Shown: one piece after another, positions 26,835-38,600 of the stretch
Layout of the letters: each line of letters starts with the position of its first letter
Position numbering within the stretch: position 1 is the stretch's first letter
Position numbers and translations under genes: made by a program
Notes under the pieces: model-generated
The model's database searches: none
Seen by the model: the letters and a program-made list of their open reading frames with translations, nothing else
What the model was told of the DNA's origin: nothing
Assembly (NCBI RefSeq): GCF_004010195.1
Contig: NC_057719.1
Coordinates: 31,525,468 to 31,589,467, forward strand
Length of the DNA: 64,000 nucleotides
Direction: 5' to 3'
Origin: Chiloscyllium plagiosum
Lineage: Eukaryota

Positions 26835-27926
26835 GATCTTGGAGTGCAGGTTCATAGCTCCTTGAAAGTGGTGTCGCGGGTAGGTAGGATAGTGAAGGTG
26901 GTGTTTGGTATGCTTTCATTTATTGGTTAGAGTATTGAGTACAGGAGTTGGGAGGTCATGTTGCGGCTGTACAGGATATTGGTTAGGCCAATGGAATATT
27001 GTGTGTAATTCTGGTCTCCTTTCTATCAGAAAGATGTTGAGTTAGTAGGCACAACATCGAGGGCCAAAGAGCCTGTACTGCTCTACAACTTTCTAAGTTC
27101 GATGTTCTTTGAAGGTTGGTGGACTGGTGGATAGTGTGGAGGGCTGTTGCAGAAAACTGGGTTCAAGGCAGGATTCTTGACAGTGTGGACGAACAGAGAG
27201 ATCTTGGGAGTCCGTGTCCATAGATCCCACAAAGTTGCCACCCAAGATTGATAAGGTTGTTACGGTGTATGGTGTGTTAGCTTTCATTAGCAGGGGGATT
27301 GAATCTAAGAGCTGCAGGGTTATGCAGAGCACTGGTTAGACCACACTTGGAATACTGTGTTCAGTTCTAGCCGCCTCATCGTAGCAAGATTATGGAAGTT
27401 GTCGAGAGGGTGTAGAGAAGATTTACTGAGATGCTGTCTGGACTGGAGGACATGACTTATCCAGAAAGGTTGGGGGAGCTAAGGCTCTTCTCACTGGAGT
27501 GAAGAAGGATGAGAAGTGACTTGATAGAGGCGTGCAAGATGATGAGAGGCAGAGATAAAGTGAATAGTCAGAGATTTTTCCCTAGAGCAGAAATGGCTAT
27601 CACAAGAGGGCATCATTTTAAGGCAATTGGAGGAACGTTTAGAGGAGATGTCAGAGGTTAATTCTTTACACAGAGTGGTGGGTGCGTGGAATGCACTGCC
27701 AGTAGTGGTAATAGAGTCAGATATATTAGGGACATTTTAGTGACTCTTGGATAAGCATAAGGATAATAGTAAATTGAAGAGAATGTAGGTTGCTTTGATC
27801 TTAGAGTAGGATAAAAGGTTGGCACAACATCAAGGGCCGAAGAACAGTACAGCACAGTACAGGTTCTATATTCATACCCCTGAGCCAGGTGACTTGGGTT
27901 CAAATTACACCTACTCCAGAGGTCAC

Positions 27927-28920
27927 AGAGGAATAGAAATGTATGGCATGGAAATGGCATTCAGTCAGACTCGTTTACGCTGACCTACTCTAAGAAAAGC
28001 AATCTCATACCTTGTAATTTACTATCATCCATGTGCTTATCCAAGATAAATACCGTAAATAAATCTAGTCCCATTTGGCCCATATCCCTCTAAATCCTTC
28101 CTATTCATACACTCATTCAGATGGTTTTTAAGTGTTTCAATTGTACCCAGCATCCACCACTTCTTCAGGCAACTCATTCCATACATGCACCAACCTCTAC
28201 GAAAAACATTTGCCCCTTAGGTCCCTTTTAAATGTTTCCCCTCTCACCTTAAACATATCCCCTGTAGTTTTGGACTCCCCCATTCCAGGGAAAAGACCTT
28301 GGCTGTTCACCCTGTCCATGCCCTGTGATTTCATAAACTGCTTTAAGGTCACTTCTCAGCCTCTGACACTCCCGGGAAAATAGTCCCAGCCTATTCAGAC
28401 TCTCTCTGTAGATCAAACACTCCAACCCTGGCAACATCCTTGTAAATCTTTTCTGAACCCTTTCAGGTTTCACAACATCCTTCCAATAGCAGGGACACCA
28501 AAATTGAACATTGTATTCCAAAAGTGGCCTCACTAATGTCTTGTGCAGTTGCAACATGACCTTCCAACTCCTATACTTAATACACTGACCAATAAAAGCA
28601 ACCATAACAAATGCCGCCTTCACTATCCTGTCTACCTGTGACTCCACTTTCAACGAACTAGGAACCTGCACTCCAAGGTCTCTCTGTTCAGCAACACTAC
28701 CCAGGACCTTACCATTAAGTGTACACACCCTGCTCTGATTTGCCTTTCTAGAATGTAGCACCTCACATTTATTTAAATTAAAGTCCATCTGCCACTCTAC
28801 AGTCCATTGGCCCATCTGATCAAGATCCCATTGGTCTCTGAGTTAACTTGTTCGCTAACCACTACACTTCCAGGTTTGGTGTCATCTGCAAACTTACTAA
28901 CCGTACCTCCGATGATCACA
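27927..28920 (-). mobile_element. CR1 3' fragment
   Basis: ORFs 28249-28815 and 28797-28997 (SKFADDTK). Confidence 0.9.
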
Positions 28921-30039
28921 CCCAAATAATTCTGGCCCATCTTTAATTGTCCTTGAGAAGGTGAGCTGCAATCCATGTGCTGTAAGTAGATGTACAATGC
29001 CCTTAGGGAGTGAATTCCATGATTTTGACATTAATACTTTTGTACGTTTTAGCAGCTCCACTAGTACAGCATATGATATGATACAGATTTTTAATGGTTT
29101 AGCTGCTGTAGTAGATCTGGATTTAATCAATTTATCATGGTGGAATTGTAATACAATTTTTGTAATATATTTCATTCAGAGAAACTGTGGGTAATTTTAG
29201 ATTAGGTTAGTAACGTAAGGCAAATAGTGGTATTGATTCAACTGACCATTATATACAACTCCAAATTTTTGTTTCTACCAACCAACTTCATTAGCGTGAC
29301 AAGGACAAAATCAGTTCCATAAACACAAAACTAAATTATCCTTAAATACAAACAGTTTATCAGAAATTTTCTAAATGTTGAACAAGTCTGCTAAAAACAG
29401 AAAACCTGTTAGTACATTAGTAACTAATTTCCATAACTTGTTTATGCCAATTGTATATAAAAATACACTTTTGTATGAGAAATATAAATTATCTTAGCTA
29501 AATTTCAGGTTTCTTGACATGTTAATTAATTTCCAATCTTACTAGTAGCAATCTTTTTACCATCAGATTACCTAGTCAACTAGTAAACGTTGCTATATAA
29601 TACATATGAGGTTTGATTGCTTAAACCAGGTTGTCAATATTCACACAAGGAAATTCTACAGACTAAACGGAATTGATACATGGAGTAATGATTCGTAGAA
29701 TCATAGAACCTTACAGTACAGAAAAGGCACCAGTCACACATTGCTACAGTAAGCCCACAGCCTTGAATGTTACTGTAGGTCATAACATCTCAGAACAAGT
29801 TGATTAGAAAATATCTAAATACCACCAAGTAGCCCTATGATCTTTTGGGACTATGGTGACTTTGCTAAAGAAAATTTGAATGGGATCGAGAGGCAAAAGA
29901 GTCTGAGAACAAATACACAAGTCACAAAGTCCAACAGAAGAGCAAGCCAAGCACAATTTACTTTTACTTTGTCCTTCTAAAAATAAAGAAATTATGATAA
30001 ACTAATATTGAACCTGCCATTTTGTAAAAGGTTTATAAA

Positions 30040-31390
30040 GTCATAGAGATATACAACATGGAAACAGATCCTTCAGTTCAGTTTGTCCATCCAACCAGAA
30101 ATCTTAAATAAATGTAGTCCTGTTTACCAGCCTCCTCCACTTCTTCTGGCAGCTCATTCCATATAAACATCACTTTCTGTGTGTAAAAGCTTCCCTTTAG
30201 GTCCCTTTTAAATGGGGCAGCATTGTGGCACAGCGTTTAGGACCCAGGTTCGATTCTGGACCTGGGTTCGATTCCAGCCTCGGGCGACTGTGCAAACTCC
30301 ACACAGACATTCTCCCCGTGTCTGCATGGGTTTCCTCTGGGTGCTCCAGTTTCCTCCCACAATCTGAAGCTTTGCAGGTTAGGTGGATTGGCCATGCTAA
30401 ATTGCTGATAATGTTCAGGGATGTATAGGTTGGGAGCATGTGTCAGGGTTGAATGTAGGGGAATGGGTCTGGGTGGGATACTCTTCAGAGGGTCGGTGTG
30501 GACTTGTTCGGCCAAAGGGCATGTTTCCACACAGTAGGAATTCTAATGTTGGAAATTTTTAAAATCTTTCCCCTCACACCTTAAACCTATGCCCTTTGGT
30601 TCAGGATTCCCCCCCACTGGAGAAAATACCTTGTCTATTTACCCTATCCATGTCCCTTGTGATTTTATAAACCTCTATAAGATTACCCCTCAGCCTCTAA
30701 TGCTACAGGAAAAACAGCCTCAATCTATTCCGTCTTTCCCTGGAGCCCCCCAACCCTGTAAATATTTTCTAAACCCTTTCAAGTTTCACAACATCCTTCC
30801 CATGGGAGGGACACCAGCATTGCACGCAATATTCCAATAGTGGCCTAACCAATGTCCTGTGCAGAGGCAACATGACCTCCCAACTTTTTTACTTAAGATA
30901 CTGACCAATAAATGCAAGCACACCAAATACCGCCTTCACTATCAAGGTGACTCGACTTTCAAGGAACTATGAACCTGCACTCCAAGATCTCTTTGTTCAG
31001 CGATGCTCCCCTGGACCTTACTATTAAGTGTATAAGACCTGCCCCGATTTACCTTTCCAAAGTGCAGCACCTCACATTTGTCTCAACTTGATTAGATGGG
31101 CCAAGGGGCTGAGGAGTGGCAGATGAAGTTCCTGTTGTACTCTGAGATGACCACCTTCGCTATCCACTACACCTCCAATTTTGGTGTTGTCTGCAAACTT
31201 ACTAACCACACCTCCTATGCTCACATTCCAAATCATTTATATAAATGATGAAAAGCAGTGGACCCAGTACCGATCCTTGTAGCACACCGCTGGTCACAGG
31301 CCTACTGTCTTAAAAGCAACCCTCTACCATCACACTCTGTCTTCTACCTTTGAGCCAGTTCTGTATTCAAATTGCTAGTTCTCCTAGTTT
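30040..31390 (-). mobile_element. CR1 3' fragment with a nested SINE
   Basis: Collinear with 13800-14830; tail gtcatagag at 30040. Confidence 0.88.
30214..30548 (+). mobile_element. HE1-type SINE with duplicated B box and an internal inversion
   Basis: Same body as 26506-26834 and 56518-56801. Confidence 0.88.
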
Positions 31391-32349
31391 TCAGTGTCAT
31401 CAATCAAGTCACTGAAGACTTTTTAAAAAAAAAAAATTGAGGATAGTATCAAAAATGTAGAAATATACCTCGGGCAAGGATGCATATGTTAGGTCTTTTT
31501 GAAAAGTATGGGATGTAACATAATAGAGATTTTATTTAAAATTGTGAAATGTTTTGATAAAGTTGATGCAAATTGTCTCCACTTGCGCAGAGCAAAACTA
31601 CAGGCCATCAGTATAAGGTAGTTACTAAGACATTAACCACAGAATTCACAAGAAACTTCTCAATAACTTAGAGTGGTGAGAATATAGGACTTTCCATCTC
31701 CGGGTCTGATTAAAAGGTATGGCATGGGTACATTTAAAGGAAAGCTGGATAGGCATATGAGCCAGAGGGAAATAGCAGTCCAGGATAGATTCAGAAGAAA
31801 TATGGGAAGGAGTCTTAAATTGATCAAAATTGCAGGTACAGGGGCTGGCTGAATTGAAAGGCCCGTTCTGTGCTGTCTCCTATCGACTGTTATTAGAAAG
31901 CCAACTTTGTGCAACTGATTTGATCTAATTGCAAGCTTATAAATACGTTGTCAAAGGGAGTTAAAGATTCTACATGCCCATGGAAATGTGTATTTGTCTG
32001 CTTGTGATGTGTTGTCCAGATATCAAGTATCTGGACACCACATCACTGCTTCTTGCAAAGTTGCCTTTATTCTTTTAATAGCTGTTATCTGGAACCACAT
32101 CATAGTTCCAAAAATTATCTCAATCCAAATTCCAGCATTTAGTGTGACAGTCTTAGGATGTTTGTTCTCTACTTTAACATTCGAAAAAGAAATTAGGTAT
32201 CTTTATAATAACTACAACTGGCTTAAGCACCTGTGTGTGAGAGTGAGAGAGACAACAGACCTGGAGGTTCTTCCCACGAAGATGTTGCCTGGCTCAGGTG
32301 TTTTTAGATAAGTGCAATGGACAGGGGAAGAAGGTTAGCTCAGAGTAGA

Positions 32350-33680
32350 TCAGATTAGCCAATGGGTCGATGAGAAATGCTGCATTTTGGTAGGGCAAAA
32401 TGTATGCACTTAAAAGTCCTGAGGAGTGCTGCTGAATAAAGAAACCTTTGTTTGCAGGTAAACAAGGTGGTGATTGGTATGCTTTCCTTTATCAGTCAGT
32501 GCGTTGAGTACCCAAGTTAGGAGGTCATTTGGCTATGCAGGATATTGGTAAGGCACTTTTGGAATACTGCTTTCAATTCCGGTTTCCCTGCTATAGGAAA
32601 GATAGTGTGGAACTTGAAAAAGTTTGAGCTAAAGGGAAAGGCTGAATCACCTGGGGCTATTTTCTCTGGAATGTTGAGGCTGAGGAATGACCTAATAGAA
32701 GTTTTTAAAACTGTGAAGGGCGTGGATAGGGTGAATAGTTAAGGTCTTTTCCCCAGGGTAGGGGTGTCCAAAACTAGAGGGGCACAGTTGAAGGTGAGAG
32801 GGGAAAGATTTAAAAAGGAGAAGGTTTTCATGCAGAAGGTGGTAAGAATATGGAATGAACTGCCAGAGAAGGTGGTGGTGGAGGCTAGTACAATTACAAT
32901 ATTTAAAAGACACCTGAATGGTTTTATGAATAGGAAGCTTTTACAGGGATGTAGCAAATGGGATTAGATTAATTTAGGATATATGGATGGGTTGGATCAA
33001 AGGATGAGCAGACAAATCTGTGTCCATGTACATAGATCCTTGAAAGTTGCCACCCAGGTTGACAGGGTTGTTAAGAAGGCATTCAGTGTTTTAGCTTTTA
33101 TTAATAGAGGGATCAAGTTCCAGAATCATGAGGTTATGCTGCAGCTGTACAAAACTCTGGTGCGGCCATACTTGGAGTATTGTGTACAGTTCTGGTCACC
33201 GCATTATAAGAAGGATGTGGATGCTTTGGAAAGGGTGCAGAGATTTACTAGGATATTGCCTGGTATGGAGGGAAGGTCTTGAGGAAAAGCTGAGGGACTT
33301 GAGGCTGTTTTCGTTAGAGAGAAGAAGGTTGAGAGGTGACTTTAATAGAGACATAAGATAATCGGAGGGTTAGATAGCGGACAGGGAGAGCTTTTTTCCA
33401 AGTATGGTGACAGCAAGCACGAGGAGGCATAGCTTTAAATTGAGGGGTGATAGATATAGGACAGATGTCAGAGGTACTTTCTTTACTCAGACAGTAGTAG
33501 GGGTATGGAATGCTTTTCCTGCAATGGTAGTAGATTAGCCAATTTTAAGTACATTTAAGTTGTCATTGGACAAGCATATGGACGTACATGGAATAGTGTA
33601 GGTTAGATGGGCTTCAGATTGGTATGACAGGTCGATGCAACATCGAGGGTGGCGCTGTAATGTTCTATCTATCTATTTCC
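32350..33680 (+). mobile_element. Two tandem CR1 3' fragments (junction near 33000)
   Basis: FMQKVVRIWNELP in the first; LYKTLVRPYLEYCVQFWSP in the second. Confidence 0.88.
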
Positions 33681-33943
33681 ATGTTGTACATCTCTATGAT
33701 TCTTCATGTTGTCTTCCTCGTTACACATCTCTCCTAGTGGTGACTACTTTTAAAAATAAGGTACAATTGTGCATTGAAAAAAATCCAGGATGTCAAAGTT
33801 TTATTAAAGAATTTTAATATTTTTAAACTATTGTATACTACATTGGTATTACACTTCTTTGAGGTATGCATTTCCGTATTGTTATGAAAGTCCTTTTTAT
33901 TTGATAAATTTGTAGTTAATGTTATTATTTTCATTCATTCTAG

Positions 33944-34088
33944 TTCAGTGGATGAAATAGCATCTCGAGGAAAGGTTAGTCACCGCCGAGCTGAAGAAAT
34001 CTACCGATACCTTCACTATGTATTTGATCGACAAATGGTACCTGATCATCTCAGACTATCTAACCATAAACAAAATGTACAGCCATAA
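33944..34088 (+). CDS. FANCM: FANCM terminal coding exon (SVDEIASRGKVSHRRAEEIYRYLHYVFDRQMVPDHLRLSNHKQNVQP*)
   Basis: ttcattctAG acceptor (phase 2); AEEIYRYxHYVFD matches the FANCM C-terminus; TAA at 34086-34088. Confidence 0.95.
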
Positions 34089-34124
34089 ATATAATTGGCC
34101 TAATGTGGGCATCTTTAAATGCAC

Positions 34125-34130
34125 TTTATT
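34125..34130 (-). promoter_or_regulatory. Candidate TPP1 poly(A) signal AATAAA on - (ATTAAA variant at 34413-34418)
   Basis: TTTATT on +, about 500 bp past the TPP1 stop codon. Confidence 0.45.
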
Positions 34131-34166
34131 TCCGTAGTGCTTCATTACTGATGTATAAATTATGTA

Positions 34167-34172
34167 AATAAA
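34167..34172 (+). promoter_or_regulatory. Candidate FANCM poly(A) signal AATAAA (second candidate at 34540-34545)
   Basis: Canonical hexamer 79 bp after the FANCM stop codon. Confidence 0.5.
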
Positions 34173-34629
34173 AATCTGTTGAAAGATTTTATCAGCATAT
34201 TCAAATATTATCATTCAGTCTCTGCCAACTGACCAAAGTTCAATGACCTATAACTTAAACAATTCAAGTAAATTTAGTCAGACGAAGAACTAGTTACAAA
34301 ATCCATTAGATTATGAGTGCTTAATTTAGATATCTTTAGATTTAAGATGTTTCATATTTGCTCAGTAATTTAACTTAATGAATTCAATATTAACTCTCAG
34401 TTTGAGTAACAGTTTAATCAAAATATTGTTGGTGGCATCGATAAATATTAAGCAGCACTGAAAAATACAATACTCATTTGACTCTTCATCCTTATTTGCA
34501 GATTCTTTCCAAAAAAACATTGTTTCCATCAATTTCTGTAATAAACACTAATGGTCTCGACACACACACAAAATTGAGGTCCGAAACACCATGTAGTTTA
34601 CATTCAAATTGTTAAATACTTGATTCAGG

Positions 34630-34785
34630 TTATGGATCAGCCAATTTGCCTGCAAGGAATGCCTTGAGTAGTTCTGGATAGTTAGGTGTCCCCCAACCTG
34701 TCACAGGATCCCAAGACTGAGAAGCACAGAATCCCTGCCCTTCAACTTTTTCATCCAGACAGCCCAACTGGCATCCTGTAGTTAC
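34630..34785 (-). CDS. TPP1: TPP1 terminal exon (exon 13 equivalent)
   Basis: Encodes [62 protein letters not shown] is the sedolisin (S53) C-terminal motif; AG acceptor. Confidence 0.95.
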   Translation of the reverse strand, partial: VTTGCQLGCLDEKVEGQGFCASQSWDPVTGWGTPNYPELLKAFLAGKLADP

Positions 34786-35235
34786 CTTATGATTTAAAGA
34801 GAAAATTGAGAATTCACAATTAGCAATGTAACAGGAACACTTCTAAATACAACATTTTCAAAGTGGTATTTTAATACTATTTTCCAGCCTTTAATGTGTT
34901 GTACTGTGCTCTTTGAGAGTTAAAGGTATTCCTCCAGATTAACTTTATAAAGTAGAAGCAAATTAATTATTCAATGTTATACTTAGATCTTAATGAGTTA
35001 TTAGGCAGGTGATAATCCCAGTACTACAGAGCAATGAAGTGTATCTGTCCTAGTTCAACTTTGAGTTCTATTAAACTCAATTATCTGTGTTCTGAATTTA
35101 AACACAATACTGCGATTCTGGGGAAGATTAAGCTTTCATTTAAGCAATTTTGCCAACGTGAACATTTTATTCATTATACAGTGAAGTAGATACCCATTAA
35201 ACTGAATAATTTTGTGTGTAAGTGTTGAGGGGCGT

Positions 35236-35660
35236 CTAATCAAAACTCTTCCTGTGATGCTTGGTTTCATCCTGCCCTGGAGATGTTTCTAATTTTAAGC
35301 CTGCCAGTCCACTCAGAACTTCCTCTCTGTCTATGCTAGCTTCTTTAAGTATATTTTCTATATCCACATTATCCCTCTCACTAGTGAACACCGATACAAG
35401 ATACTCGTTTAGAATCCTACTTACATCCTCTGGCTCCACACACAAATTATCATTGTGGTCCTTAATGGGCCCTACTCATCCTTTCATCAGTTTCCCCTTG
35501 CACACATTCTGTACTTTGAGGGCTTCTGCTGTTTTCTGCCCTCAGTATTTGCATAACCCTTTGTTTTCCTTTGTCCCATCTGCAGGGTACACAGGATTTG
35601 TTGGACCCATACTCTCCCTACTACTTTCCTAAATGTGCCCCACTGCTTTGACAAATTTAC
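35236..35660 (-). mobile_element. CR1 fragment that was the target of the LTR element
   Basis: ILNEYLVSVFT...SPGQD motif; appears to resume after 40430. Confidence 0.7.
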
Positions 35661-35664
35661 CTAA

Positions 35665-38600
35665 TGTTATGAAAATATAGTGGTGTACTGTACCTTTAAG
35701 AGAGTTGAAAAGCTAACAAGGACTGACAAAGTAGAGAGTTCTGAATAAAGTAAGGATGTAACACTTGGGAAACAAAAACAAATTCAAATTCGGCCAGTTT
35801 AAATTATACCCCAAGATACCAAAATCCAATCAAGTTTGAATTTAGTATTTTGATAATAAAACCAGACATTTTGAACAGTTAGAAGGAGAAGCTACCAACA
35901 AGTACAAATTGTTAACAGAACAGCTCTTTGAAAGGTACCTGTCTATAAGTTTGTGCAGAACATCGAAACAGACCTACAGAAAATCTATAGAGAAAAATCT
36001 ACAAAAGGAGAATTGACAAAGCTGACTGGTTTTTGAAACGTGATTTTTAAACAAATCTTAATCGGATTTTTTAAACATCGGACTAGTTAGTAGGCGATAA
36101 AAGATAGGTTTAAGAAAAAGTAGTTGTAGGTTTTAATATTGGTGGGTTTTGAGAAGATCTGTAGCTCAGGTTGAGCTTCTCGATGTAGGCTTGTTCGTTG
36201 AGCTGGAAGGTTCATTTTCAGATGTTACCTAGTAGGGTGACGAAACATCTTCAGTGAGCCTCCGGACGAAGCACTGCTGATGTTTCCTGCTTTCTACTTA
36301 AATGTTTGGGTTTTTTTGCGTTGATGTCATTTCCTGTTCTTTTTCTCAGGGTGGTAAATGGGGTCCAAGTCAATGTGTTTGTTGATAGAGCTCTGGTTGG
36401 ATGCATTCTGGCATAGTTCTTTGCCTTTTGTAATTTTAACAGATTACAGCGCGAGGTGAACGTTTTGTGTGTGGCTGGTTTAAATTAGCAGAGAGGTTTA
36501 CCCAGTGTCGTAACTGTTTGCGGGCTCTCATCCACGATTTGAATAGGTTTCGACAAATCCAGACTGAAATTTGGACAGATTTGAATAGATTTGGGGTATG
36601 AAAAAGCCCAGCAGATTTAAACACTTGCAGGTTAGCGTTCTAGATCTTTAAATAAAACACAGGTGAGATAATTTAATTTCAGTGACTTGTGGTTGGTTAA
36701 ATTAAAAGTGAGAAAAATGGCTCTTAAAATTGCTAGAGAGGTTCTGGGGTTTGAAGATGATTCTCAGATTTGCCAAAAAAGTTAAAGAAATAGGCCAAAC
36801 TTTTAGAATGAGCAAAGAAGTTAGATTTCGATTTAACCAAGAATAAAAGTAAAGCTGAAATTGTAAGGGAGTTACTCAAACACTTAAGTGTGTCAGATAA
36901 ACAGACAAGTGCAGTAGAGTTAGAAAAACTTAAATTATATTTGAGGAAAATAGAGAAGGTTCTTAGCGGAGGAAAAAGAGAATTTGAACTTGAAGTTGTG
37001 ACTTAGTCAGTAAAGTCAAGTTAACAGGATGCAGATTAAAATAGAAGGTAGTGATATACACAAATATGTCAAAACACTGCCATATTTTGAGAAAGATGTT
37101 GAAGCCTCCTTTATTTCATGTGAAAAATTGACTAGGCAGATAGAGTGGTCAGAGGAATTATAGGTAATGCTATTTCAGACTAAACTGGTAGGCAGATTTA
37201 GTGAGGTAGTTGCCACACAGTCATATGAGGGATCAAGAGATTATGAAGAGGTCAAACGGGCTATTTTAAGAGCTTATGATTTGGTACCAGAAGCGTATAG
37301 ACAGCGGTTTAAAAACGTAAGTTCTGACCTGGTTCCTTCTTTATGTTGAGTATGAAAGAATTAAACAGTCATTTTGATAGCCGGGTGCGGGCTTTAAAGA
37401 TGGATAGGACCTATGAGGATCAGAGAGTATTCTGTTGGAGCAGTTTAAAAACTCACTTCCAGAGATGATAAGAATTCACGTAGATAAACAAAGTTCAGGA
37501 AGTGAGAAGGGCAGCAGATGAATACATGTTAGTGCATAAGACAAGCTTCCAGCCAGAATTTCATCCTGTGAGGGATAGAAGTTTCCACCACCACGAAAGA
37601 AAGAGTAGAGAACACTGAAGAGTTCACCACCTGTTAAAAAAGAAGCCCAAGAGGGTGGAAAAGAGGTGAAAGGCCTCAGGGGTGCCAACTGTGGTAAAGT
37701 GGGATATGTAAAGTCACAGTGCTGGTTGTTAAAGAAAGGCACTGTGGGAAAAGACGTGGTAAAAGAAGTTAAGCCAGTGGCATTAGTAAAGGAGACCCCA
37801 AGAACAGAGTGCACAACCTACTCGGGCTGGGTATGGACTTAGTACCTGATCTCTATAAAGATCTCTATAAAGCCTCTGTGGGTTAAGCTTACTCAAAGAA
37901 CAGGGTGAGAAGGACAAGTAGTTATAATTTTGAGTTAAAGAATTTAGCCAGTCTCTATTAGTAAGAGATGAACAAATTTTCACCTTTTCTGATCCATTAC
38001 CAGACAGTGTGGTAATTTGTGGGATAGATGGAGAAATTTAGGTTGTAAGACCAGGTTGGAATGCCAACTCAAGACGAGGGAAGTAACAGTGGGAGTGATT
38101 TGCAGAGTGTCAGTTCCAGGAATCCAGTTTGTTCTTGGGGATGATTTAGCAGGATCCAAGGTGGGAGTGATATCCTGTGTTGTGGAGAAGCCCAAAGATG
38201 ACCAAGAAACTGAGGATTTAAAAGAAAAATATTCTGGTATTTTTCCCAGACACTCTAGTAACCAGATCCCACTATCATAAGTCCACAGCATGAAGCAAAA
38301 ACTAAAGAGTAAGATGAAGGAGTTGAGGTTCAGTTAGCGAACACCCTGTTTGATTTAATGGTGCAGGAAAAACCTGAACAGGCAGAGGGTCAGACAGAAG
38401 TGCTGAGTCCTGAAAGGCTAAGGGATTTGCAACAGAAAGACAAAGATCATAAAAGATACAGATGTGGATGCGTACTCCGAAAAGGAGGCAGAGGTTATTT
38501 TTGGAAAGATAGCATCCTAAGATGGAAATGGAGACCACGGCAGTTAGTGCAGGAGGTGAAACAGGCTGAAATGCACCAGATTATGTTGCCAGTAGTATAG

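Larger units (their letters stand above)
23800..27870 (+). mobile_element. CR1 LINE ORF2 (near full length, degraded) hosting nested insertions
   Basis: YFNARS start, VMGDFNFP, RT motifs and 3' tail at about 27830-27870; interrupted at 25237-26075 and about 26495-27108. Confidence 0.88.
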
